Positions 22,583 through 32,000 of a DNA stretch of 32,000 nt are shown one piece after another; within the stretch, counting starts at the first letter, position 1, and the number at the start of each line of letters is the position of its first letter. The notes below the pieces were generated by a model. The model was not told where the DNA came from, did not search any database, and was given only the letters and a program-made list of their open reading frames with translations. The translations under genes and the position numbers were made by a program. Where the stretch lies: positions 3,270,001 through 3,302,000 of the forward strand of contig NZ_LN831039.1 of assembly GCF_001457595.1 (NCBI RefSeq), written 5' to 3'. The DNA comes from Mycolicibacterium smegmatis. Lineage in GTDB: Bacteria; Actinomycetota; Actinomycetes; Mycobacteriales; Mycobacteriaceae.

Positions 22583-23809
22583 ATGGAAGGTGCTGTGGCG
22601 GGCTTGGTCCTGCTGGTTGTGCTCGTGGTGTTCGCGATCATCGTCGTGGCGAAATCGGTCGCGCTGATCCCGCAGGCCGAGGCCGCGGTGATCGAACGGC
22701 TCGGGCGGTACAGCAAGACCGTGTCGGGTCAGCTGACGCTTCTGGTGCCGTTCATCGACAGGATCCGTGCGCGGGTCGACCTGCGTGAGCGCGTGGTGTC
22801 GTTCCCGCCGCAACCCGTGATCACCGAGGACAACCTGACCGTGCAGATCGACACGGTGGTCTACTTCCAGGTCACCAATCCGCAGGCCGCGGTGTACCAG
22901 ATCAGCAACTACATCGTCGGCGTCGAACAATTGGCGACCACGACGCTGCGCAACCTCGTCGGTGGCATGACGCTGGAGCAGACCCTGACCTCGCGCGACC
23001 AGATCAACACGGCCCTGCGCGGCGTGCTCGACGAGGCGACCGGCCGGTGGGGCCTGCGGGTGGCGCGCGTGGAACTGCGCAGCATCGACCCGCCTCCCAG
23101 CATCCAGGATTCGATGGAGAAGCAGATGCGCGCCGACCGCGAGAAGCGCGCGATGATCCTGACCGCAGAGGGTTCCCGCGAGGCCGCGATCAAGCAGGCC
23201 GAAGGTCAGAAGCAGGCGCAGATCCTTGCCGCCGAGGGCGCCAAGCAGGCCGCCATCCTGACCGCAGAGGCCGACCGCCAGTCGCGCATGCTGCGGGCAC
23301 AAGGTGAGCGCGCCGCGGCGTACCTGCAGGCGCAGGGCCAGGCCAAGGCAATCGAGAAGACGTTCGCCGCGATCAAGGCCGGACGGCCCACCCCGGAGCT
23401 GCTGGCCTACCAGTACCTGCAGACCCTGCCGCAGATGGCCAAGGGCGAGGCCAACAAGGTGTGGCTCGTGCCGTCCGACTTCGGTACGGCGTTGCAGGGA
23501 TTCACCAAGATGCTCGGTGCGCCGGGCGAGGACGGGGTGTTCCGCTACACGCCGTCTCCGGTCGACGACACGCCGCCGAAGACCGACGACGACGAAGAGG
23601 TCGCCGACTGGTTCAACACCGAGACCGATCCCGCCATCGCCGAGGCGGTGGCAAAGGCCGAGGCCGAGGCCCGCACCAGCACGCCGACGCTCGGTTCGTC
23701 GCCTGCGACACCACCCCTCGGCGGCACCACCCCGAACCCGTCGATCAATGTGCCGCAGACGCAGGAGTGGCCCGGCGGCGGCGCGCACCACGCGCAGCCG
23801 GAGCAGTAA
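22583..23809 (+). CDS. SPFH/Band 7 (stomatin/paraslipin-like) protein
   Basis: N-terminal TM, 'AAVIERLGRYSKTVSGQLTLLVPFIDRIRARVDLRERVVSFPPQPVITEDNLTVQIDTVVYFQVTNP', Ala/Glu-rich coiled coil; paired with NfeD. Confidence 0.94.
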   Translation: MEGAVAGLVLLVVLVVFAIIVVAKSVALIPQAEAAVIERLGRYSKTVSGQLTLLVPFIDRIRARVDLRERVVSFPPQPVITEDNLTVQIDTVVYFQVTNPQAAVYQISNYIVGVEQLATTTLRNLVGGMTLEQTLTSRDQINTALRGVLDEATGRWGLRVARVELRSIDPPPSIQDSMEKQMRADREKRAMILTAEGSREAAIKQAEGQKQAQILAAEGAKQAAILTAEADRQSRMLRAQGERAAAYLQAQGQAKAIEKTFAAIKAGRPTPELLAYQYLQTLPQMAKGEANKVWLVPSDFGTALQGFTKMLGAPGEDGVFRYTPSPVDDTPPKTDDDEEVADWFNTETDPAIAEAVAKAEAEARTSTPTLGSSPATPPLGGTTPNPSINVPQTQEWPGGGAHHAQPEQ

Positions 23810-23842
23810 GACACCGGCCGTCCGGCGATCGGATCGAGCGAT

Positions 23843-24190
23843 ATGGCCATTCGGAAGATCCACGGCGTGCTCGCGGCCATCCAGGTGGCCGACGCCGCCG
23901 CGTGCGCCCTCAAGGCTCCGCCGGTGGTGAAGGCGTTCGACGATCTCGGTGTGCCGCACCGCATCCGGTGGATCTTCCCGCCGATCAAGGCCGCGTCGGC
24001 CGTCGGCCTGATCGCGGCGGGGCGGTACCCGGCGCTGGGACGGCTCACCACCGCGATGCTCGCGCTCTATTTCCTGCTTGCCGTCGGCGCGCACGTCCGC
24101 GCGCACGACAAGCCGGTCAACGCAATTCCCGCGGCGGGGTTTCTCGCGACGTACCTGGCGCTGACCCTCAGGCATCCGCAGGGGCGGTAG
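23843..24190 (+). CDS. DoxX-like family membrane protein
   Basis: Four hydrophobic segments; 'IRKIHGVLAAIQVADAAACALKAPPVVKAFDDLGVPHRIRWIFPPIKAASAVGLIAAG'. Confidence 0.75.
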   Translation: MAIRKIHGVLAAIQVADAAACALKAPPVVKAFDDLGVPHRIRWIFPPIKAASAVGLIAAGRYPALGRLTTAMLALYFLLAVGAHVRAHDKPVNAIPAAGFLATYLALTLRHPQGR

Positions 24191-24204
24191 CCGGCCGGTG
24201 ACCG

Positions 24205-24942
24205 TCAGAGATTGGAGGCCGCGGTGTCGGCGGCGCCCGCCGCGGCGCGCTGTTCGCGGCGGTGACTGCGGATCTCGAACACCAGACCCGCGAGGCCGAG
24301 CGCCGCGGTACACGCCGACACCACGAACAGCAGCGGGCTCACATTTCCGGTGAGCGCGTCGCCAAGGATCACCACGGCCGCGGTGCCGGGTAGCAGACCG
24401 ACGAGCGTCGCAAGCGCATACGGCACGAGCCGCACCGCCGAAGCGCCCGCCGCGTAGTTGAGCACCGAGAACGGCACGGCCGGGATCAGCCGCGTCGACA
24501 GGATCACCGGCCAGCCCCGCTGACGCAGCCGCGCGTCGAGCTTGTCGATGCGCGGATGTGACACCAGCCGGCTGAGCTGCCAACCCGCCGCGCGGATCAA
24601 CAGCAGCGCCAGTACCGCGCTGATGGCGCTCGCACTCACGGCGATCGCGATGCCGAGGGCGGGACCGAACAACAAACCGGCGGCGAGGGTGAATGCCGTG
24701 CGTGGAAACGGGAACACCGTCACCAGGATGTGCGCGCCGAGGAAGGCCAGCGGGAACCAGGGGCCCACCGACGTCGCCCAGTCACGCAGTTGCATCGCCG
24801 TCGGAAGGGGAACCAGCAACGCCACTGCGACGAGAATCACAATCCCGGCGAGGATCGCCACGATGCGTCGCGTCGAGAGGGTCGCGGCCGTCGTCAGTAC
24901 CGCGGCACGGATGCTGCGAAGTGTGCTGACTACGGCTTTCAC
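24205..24942 (-). CDS. TVP38/TMEM64 family membrane protein
   Basis: 'LAFLGAHILVTVFPFPRTAFTLAAGLLFGPALGIAIAVSASAISAVLALLLIRAAGW...LLPGTAAVVILGDAL' is a SNARE-associated/DedA-like pattern. Confidence 0.9.
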   Translation of the reverse strand: MKAVVSTLRSIRAAVLTTAATLSTRRIVAILAGIVILVAVALLVPLPTAMQLRDWATSVGPWFPLAFLGAHILVTVFPFPRTAFTLAAGLLFGPALGIAIAVSASAISAVLALLLIRAAGWQLSRLVSHPRIDKLDARLRQRGWPVILSTRLIPAVPFSVLNYAAGASAVRLVPYALATLVGLLPGTAAVVILGDALTGNVSPLLFVVSACTAALGLAGLVFEIRSHRREQRAAAGAADTAASNL

Positions 24943-24950
24943 AGTTGTCC

Positions 24951-24956
24951 AGACTA
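24951..24956 (-). promoter_or_regulatory. putative -10 hexamer TAGTCT (minus strand), 8 nt before GTG 24942
   Basis: TAGTCT-ggacaact-GTG on the minus strand. Confidence 0.35.
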
Positions 24957-25046
24957 CGGGGCGAAGGCGACAACATCGCTTCGGCGAGGCATCTGGCCGC
25001 CCAGAACTCGGCTGCCCCGGCGGTCGGGGGCGTGAGGGCGATCATT

Positions 25047-25052
25047 TAGCCT
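25047..25052 (+). promoter_or_regulatory. putative mutA -10 hexamer TAGCCT
   Basis: TANNNT 40 nt upstream of mutA ATG; RBS-like caggag follows. Confidence 0.35.
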
Positions 25053-25092
25053 GATCTGCAAGCGGGTAGGTCACACGCTGCGACAACAGGAG

Positions 25093-26970
25093 ATGCGGGT
25101 GTCTTTACAGGGGTCCAGTGCGATCGAAGAGGATCGCAACAAGTGGCGAACAGCGGTTGCCGGTGTGCTGGCGAAGAGCAGTCGGCGCGATCCGGCCGAA
25201 CTCGGACCCGAGCCCGAACGCCACCTGGATTCGCAGACCTACGAAGGTTTTGCCGTCCGCCCCCTGTACACGGCGCTCGATGCACTCGACGAGCCCGCCC
25301 TCCCCGGGCAGTGGCCGTTCATCCGCGGCGGCGACGCACTGCGCGACGTCAAGTCGGGCTGGAAGGTCGTCGAGAGCTTTCCGGCCCTCGGCGCCGACGG
25401 TGGTGCCGACGGTGATGTGAAGTTCGACAACGGTGCGGTGCTGCTGGCGCTCACCGAGGGCGCCAGCGCGCTGTCGGTCACGATCGGTGAGGGCGGTGTG
25501 GCCCCCGCCGACCTGAGCCAGCTGTTCGAAGGTGTCTTCCTCGATCTGGTGCCGGTGATCTTCGAGAACACCGGCAACGATCTGGACGCCACGGCCGATG
25601 CGGTGCTCGCGCTGGTGGCCGGTTTCGACGCCGAGCAGCGCTCGCGTCTGTCGATCGACTTCGGAGCCGATCCGCTGACGGCGCCGCTGTCGGGTCGCGC
25701 CGCGGGCACGGACGCCGACCTGGCGGCTGTGGCGAAGAAGGTCGGCGAGCACACCGGTCACGTCCGGACCATCACGGTGGACGGCCCGGCCTTCCACAAC
25801 AAGGGTGCCAGCGCCTCGTGGGAGCTCGCGGCGACGGTCGCCGCGGCTGTCGAGTACCTGCGCATCCTCGTCGACGGCGGGCTCTCGGTGCCGGATGCGT
25901 TGCGGCAGATCAGTTTCCGGTATGCCGCCGACGACGATCAGTTCAACACCATCGCCAAGCTGCGCGCGGCGCGGCAGTTGTGGGCCCGTGTCGCCGAGGT
26001 CGTGGGTGACGCCGACGCCGGTGCCGCGACCATCCATGCCGTGACCTCGCTGCCGATGATGACGCAGCGCGACCCGTGGGTGAACATGCTGCGCACGACG
26101 CTGGCGGCGTTCTCGGCAGGTGTCGGTGGCGCCGACACCGTCCAGGTGCTGCCGTTCGATGTGGCGATCCCCAACGGGTTCCCGGGGACTTCGGCCACCT
26201 TCTCGCGCCGCATCGCGCGCAACACGCAACTGCTCCTGCTGGAGGAATCGCATATCGGGCAGGTGCTCGACCCGGCGGGCGGCTCGTGGTTCGTCGAGGA
26301 TCTCACCGCGCAGCTCGCGAAGCAGGCCTGGACGCACTTCCAGGACATCGAGGCGCGTGGCGGTTTCGTCGCGGCCCGCGATCATGTCGCCGAGCGGATC
26401 GCCGAGGTGGCCGCGCGCCGCGCCGACGACATCGCGCACCGGCGGACGGCGATCACGGGCGTCAACGAGTTCCCGAATCTCTCCGAGCCCCCTCTGCCGC
26501 AAGGGGATTCGGCTCTGACCTCGATCGAACGGTACGCGGCGGGCTTCGAGGCGCTGCGTGACCGCTCCGACGCGTTCCTGGCGAAGACCGGTGCGCGCCC
26601 GCGCGTGCTGCTGCTACCGCTCGGGCCCTTGGCCGAGCACAACATCCGTGCCACCTTCGCGTCGAACCTGCTGGCTTCCGGCGGTATCGAGGCGATCAAC
26701 CCGGGCACCGTCGACGCGTCGGGCATCGCCGCCGCGGTCACCGAGGCCGGATCTCCTGCCGTCGCGGTGCTGTGCGGCACCGATGCGCGATACGGCACCG
26801 AGGCGTCGGCCGCCGTCGCCGCCGCACGTGCGGCAGGTGTCCAGAACGTGCTGCTGGCCGGGCCGGAAAAGGCGGTGGCGGAGGCCGATTCGAAACCCGA
26901 CGGATATCTCACAGCGAAGATCAACGCCGTGGAAGTCCTGTCGAACCTGCTCACCGGACTGGGGGCCTGA
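25093..26970 (+). CDS. mutA: methylmalonyl-CoA mutase small subunit
   Basis: Mutase domain homologous to MutB: '[39 protein letters not shown]'; lacks the DxHxxG B12 motif, as expected for the small subunit; overlaps nothing but abuts mutB. Confidence 0.94.
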   Translation: MRVSLQGSSAIEEDRNKWRTAVAGVLAKSSRRDPAELGPEPERHLDSQTYEGFAVRPLYTALDALDEPALPGQWPFIRGGDALRDVKSGWKVVESFPALGADGGADGDVKFDNGAVLLALTEGASALSVTIGEGGVAPADLSQLFEGVFLDLVPVIFENTGNDLDATADAVLALVAGFDAEQRSRLSIDFGADPLTAPLSGRAAGTDADLAAVAKKVGEHTGHVRTITVDGPAFHNKGASASWELAATVAAAVEYLRILVDGGLSVPDALRQISFRYAADDDQFNTIAKLRAARQLWARVAEVVGDADAGAATIHAVTSLPMMTQRDPWVNMLRTTLAAFSAGVGGADTVQVLPFDVAIPNGFPGTSATFSRRIARNTQLLLLEESHIGQVLDPAGGSWFVEDLTAQLAKQAWTHFQDIEARGGFVAARDHVAERIAEVAARRADDIAHRRTAITGVNEFPNLSEPPLPQGDSALTSIERYAAGFEALRDRSDAFLAKTGARPRVLLLPLGPLAEHNIRATFASNLLASGGIEAINPGTVDASGIAAAVTEAGSPAVAVLCGTDARYGTEASAAVAAARAAGVQNVLLAGPEKAVAEADSKPDGYLTAKINAVEVLSNLLTGLGA

Positions 26971-26971
26971 C

Positions 26972-29227
<2,256 letters not shown>

Positions 29228-29234
29228 GCCCCGG

Positions 29235-30212
29235 GTGAAGGCCGTCAACGTCCACGAGCTCGCACAGTCCATCCGCGACGGCGACCGCTCCGCCCTGGCG
29301 CGTGCCATCACGCTGGTCGAGTCCACCCGCGCCGACCATCGGGAGCAGGCCCAGCAGCTGCTGCTGGATCTGATGCCCGAGGCCGGCTCGGCCATGCACG
29401 TCGGGATCACGGGCGTACCCGGCGTCGGCAAATCCACCACGATCGAGGCGCTCGGCATGCACCTCATCGAGGCCGGGCACCGCGTCGCGGTGCTCGCCGT
29501 GGATCCGTCGTCGACGCGCACCGGTGGCTCGATCCTCGGCGACAAGACCCGGATGGCGCGGCTCGCGGTGCATCCCGACGCGTATATCCGGCCGTCGCCG
29601 ACGTCGGGCACGCTGGGCGGTGTGGCCAAGGCGACGCGCGAGACCATCGTGCTGCTCGAAGCGGCCGGTTACGACGTCATCCTGGTCGAGACGGTCGGAG
29701 TGGGGCAGTCCGAGGTGACGGTCGCGGGCATGGTCGACACGTTCGTGTTCCTGACACTGGCCCGCACGGGCGACCAGTTGCAGGGCATCAAGAAGGGTGT
29801 CCTCGAACTCGCCGACGTCATCGTGGTCAACAAGGCCGACGGTGAGCACGCGGTGGAGGCCAAGGCCGCCGCGCGTGAGCTCTCCGGCGCGATCAGGCTG
29901 ATCTATCCTCGTGAAAGTCTCTGGCGCCCACCCGTTCTCACGATGAGCGCGGTCGAGGGCACGGGTCTGCCGGAGCTGTGGGAGACCGTGCTGCGGCACC
30001 GAGAGGTGCTCGAGGAGGCCGGCGAGTTCGAGGCCAGGCGCCGGACGCAGCAGGTCGAGTGGACGTGGTCGATGGTGCGCGACGCTGTGCTCGACCGCGT
30101 CATGAACCATCCCGAGGTCCGCCGGATCCGCGACGACGTCGAACAACGCGTGCGCCTCGGGGAACTCACGCCGGCGCTGGCGGCCCAGGAGATCCTCGAC
30201 GCCGCGCAGTGA
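29235..30212 (+). CDS. meaB: methylmalonyl-CoA mutase-associated GTPase (G3E family)
   Basis: 'GVPGVGKSTTIEALG', 'VLAVDPSSTRTGGSILGDKTRMARLA', 'DVIVVNKADG'; directly downstream of mutB. Confidence 0.95.
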   Translation: MKAVNVHELAQSIRDGDRSALARAITLVESTRADHREQAQQLLLDLMPEAGSAMHVGITGVPGVGKSTTIEALGMHLIEAGHRVAVLAVDPSSTRTGGSILGDKTRMARLAVHPDAYIRPSPTSGTLGGVAKATRETIVLLEAAGYDVILVETVGVGQSEVTVAGMVDTFVFLTLARTGDQLQGIKKGVLELADVIVVNKADGEHAVEAKAAARELSGAIRLIYPRESLWRPPVLTMSAVEGTGLPELWETVLRHREVLEEAGEFEARRRTQQVEWTWSMVRDAVLDRVMNHPEVRRIRDDVEQRVRLGELTPALAAQEILDAAQ

Positions 30213-30265
30213 CTCAACCTGATCACGCCCCTCAACAAATCGGCACCAGAAAGTGAGCTCTCCCG

Positions 30266-30613
30266 ATGGATGTCAGGTCCCGTGTAGGTCTGGTCGTTGC
30301 CGGGACAGTTGCCACGCTACTGCTCGGGGCATGCGGTGGCGAGGCGGCGGGTGGTAGCCAGCCGACGGTTGCCAAGGCCAAGCTGCAGACCCTTGCGAAG
30401 GAAAAACTCGAAGCCGCCGCGAAGCGGAAAGCCAAGTCTGTGATTTGCGAGGACGGCATCGTCGGGGAAGTCGGTGCTACACAACGGTGTGTGCTGACAG
30501 CCAAGGACGGTACGAGGATCGGGGTCACGGCAAGGGTGGACGGAATCGAGGGGCGCGGCGCGGATGCCCGGGTCAGCATCGATTTCAAGGTCGATGACAA
30601 GCCCATCGAATGA
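30266..30613 (+). CDS. DUF4333-type lipoprotein
   Basis: Signal peptide with lipobox 'ATLLLGAC', then 'VICEDGIVGEVGATQRCVLTAKDGTRIGVTARV'. Confidence 0.82.
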   Translation: MDVRSRVGLVVAGTVATLLLGACGGEAAGGSQPTVAKAKLQTLAKEKLEAAAKRKAKSVICEDGIVGEVGATQRCVLTAKDGTRIGVTARVDGIEGRGADARVSIDFKVDDKPIE

Positions 30614-30676
30614 CATTACTGGCCGCGCCTTGGTTAACAGATAGGTAACACATCGAACATTTGCCAGCGCGGTTGG

Positions 30677-30682
30677 TAAGTT
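30677..30682 (+). promoter_or_regulatory. putative -10 hexamer TAAGTT, 6 nt before GTG 30689 (predicted leaderless)
   Basis: TAAGTT-tgatgt-GTG. Confidence 0.5.
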
Positions 30683-30688
30683 TGATGT

Positions 30689-31954
30689 GTGTCCGGTCAC
30701 AACCGGGAGCGCGACGCGGCACTCCCACACGGCGTACAAGGCGCGGCGGATCCGAACTTCGCCTGCACGGCCCGCGCTTTCTCGCGGCTCTTCCCGGGCC
30801 GCCGGTTCGGCGGGGGAGCGCTCGCGGTCTATCAGGACGGGCAGCCACTCGTCGACGTCTGGACGGGATACTCCGACCGGGCCGGCACCGAGTACTGGAC
30901 CGCTGACACCGGGGCGATGGTCTTCTCGGCGACCAAGGGTCTGGCCTCGACCGTCATCCACCGCCTGGCCGACCGCGGCCTGATCGACTACGACACCCCG
31001 GTGAGTGCCTACTGGCCGGAGTTCGCGGCCAACGGCAAGGCCCACATCACGGTCCGCGAGGTCATGCAGCATCGCGCCGGGCTGAGCCAGCTCAACGGGG
31101 TCAGCAAGGCCGACATGCTCGACCACCGTGTTATGGAGGCCCGCATCGCCGAGGCCTCGGTGAACCGCCACCTCTACGGGAAGTCGGCGTATCACGCGCT
31201 GACCTACGGCTGGTTGATGTCCGGCCTGGTGCGTGCGGTCACCGGGCAGGGCATGCGGGAGCTGTTCCGGACCGAACTGGCCGAGCCGCTGAACACCGAC
31301 GGCATCCATCTCGGCAGGCCTCCGGTTGGGGCGCCGACGCGGGCCGCCCAGATCCTGGGGCCGCAGCGCACCTGGCCCAACCACGTCTTCGACTTCCTGG
31401 CGCCCAGGTTCGCGGCCCTGGAGTTCTCCGGGTTCTTCGGCTCCACGTACTGCCCCGGCGTGATGTCGCTCGTGCAGGGCGATACGCCGTTCCTCGACGC
31501 CGAGATCCCCGCCGCCAACGGCGTCGCGACCGCGCGCGGGCTGGCCAAGGTGTATGGGGCCATCGCCAACGGCGGCCGGTTCGCGGGCGAGGAGTTCCTG
31601 TCCGCGGCCACCGTCGCCGGCCTGAGTGGTCGCCGCAGCCTGAGCCCCGACCGCAACATCGGTGTGCCGCTGGCCTTCCACCTCGGATACCACTCGGTGC
31701 CGTTCGGGGTCATGGCGGGCTTCGGGCACGTCGGGCTCGGCGGTTCGGTCGGCTGGGCCGACCCGGCCAGCGGCCTCGCGGTGGGTTTCGTGCACAACCG
31801 GTTGCTGACGCCCATGGTGTTCGACATGGGCGCCTTCGTCGGCCTGCACGCCGTGATCCGCAACGACCTGGCCCGCGCACGCAGGCGGGGCTTCGAGCCG
31901 GTGCCCGACCTGGGGGCCGCGCCGTACGAGTTGTCCAAGCCGGTCGCGGGATAG
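30689..31954 (+). CDS. lipL: beta-lactamase family serine hydrolase / esterase (LipL-like)
   Basis: SxxK motif in 'AMVFSATKGLASTVIHRLA', Tyr motif 'YHALTYGWLM', 'GHVGLGGSVGWADP' near the C-terminus. Confidence 0.9.
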   Translation: MSGHNRERDAALPHGVQGAADPNFACTARAFSRLFPGRRFGGGALAVYQDGQPLVDVWTGYSDRAGTEYWTADTGAMVFSATKGLASTVIHRLADRGLIDYDTPVSAYWPEFAANGKAHITVREVMQHRAGLSQLNGVSKADMLDHRVMEARIAEASVNRHLYGKSAYHALTYGWLMSGLVRAVTGQGMRELFRTELAEPLNTDGIHLGRPPVGAPTRAAQILGPQRTWPNHVFDFLAPRFAALEFSGFFGSTYCPGVMSLVQGDTPFLDAEIPAANGVATARGLAKVYGAIANGGRFAGEEFLSAATVAGLSGRRSLSPDRNIGVPLAFHLGYHSVPFGVMAGFGHVGLGGSVGWADPASGLAVGFVHNRLLTPMVFDMGAFVGLHAVIRNDLARARRRGFEPVPDLGAAPYELSKPVAG

Positions 31955-32000
31955 CCGACCGACCGCGAGTCGGCGCGGGTTACCGCGAGTGGCCCGGCGT

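Noticed and set aside
22577-24583. 668-aa minus-strand ORF antisense to the SPFH and DoxX-like genes
   Set aside because: Low-complexity Arg/Gly/His composition; the plus strand has clear SPFH sequence.
24943-25092. Cobalamin riboswitch upstream of mutA
   Set aside because: No recognisable B12 box or adjacent stem pattern; the gap is also short for a full aptamer.
26558-26971. 5' extension of the mutB ORF
   Set aside because: Overlaps the mutA coding sequence with an Arg/Pro-rich, non-homologous translation.

Overview
The window looks like an ordinary chromosomal segment of a fast-growing mycobacterium. Gene order and protein motifs resemble the Mycolicibacterium smegmatis region syntenic with M. 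tuberculosis Rv1470-Rv1497; this is recognition from memory, not a database search. Left to right it carries: an XRE/MmyB-type regulator and a cytochrome P450, a small membrane protein whose reading frame looks broken, a conserved hypothetical, an old-yellow-enzyme oxidoreductase, thioredoxin, enoyl-CoA hydratase, an ABC-F ATPase, a tiny HTH protein, a TetR regulator, aconitase, a small membrane protein, ripA-ripB endopeptidases, a MoxR/DUF58/VWA module, fabG1(mabA)-inhA-hemH, a minus-strand conserved gene, an NfeD/SPFH pair, DoxX-like and TVP38-like membrane proteins, mutA-mutB-meaB, a DUF4333 lipoprotein and a LipL-like serine esterase. I saw no CRISPR array, tRNA/rRNA, IS element or phage. 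I found no convincing new defence or mobile system. The most useful unexplained signals are non-coding: (1) four gene starts with the exact arrangement TANNNT-N6-RTG, predicting leaderless transcripts, plus looser variants; (2) an AT-rich, palindrome-dense ripA leader/promoter with repeated TTGTGAC; (3) a perfect inverted repeat over the putative -10 of the enoyl-CoA hydratase gene; (4) a hairpin just upstream of thioredoxin; (5) a very compact divergent promoter; (6) a probable frame disruption near 2.46 kb.
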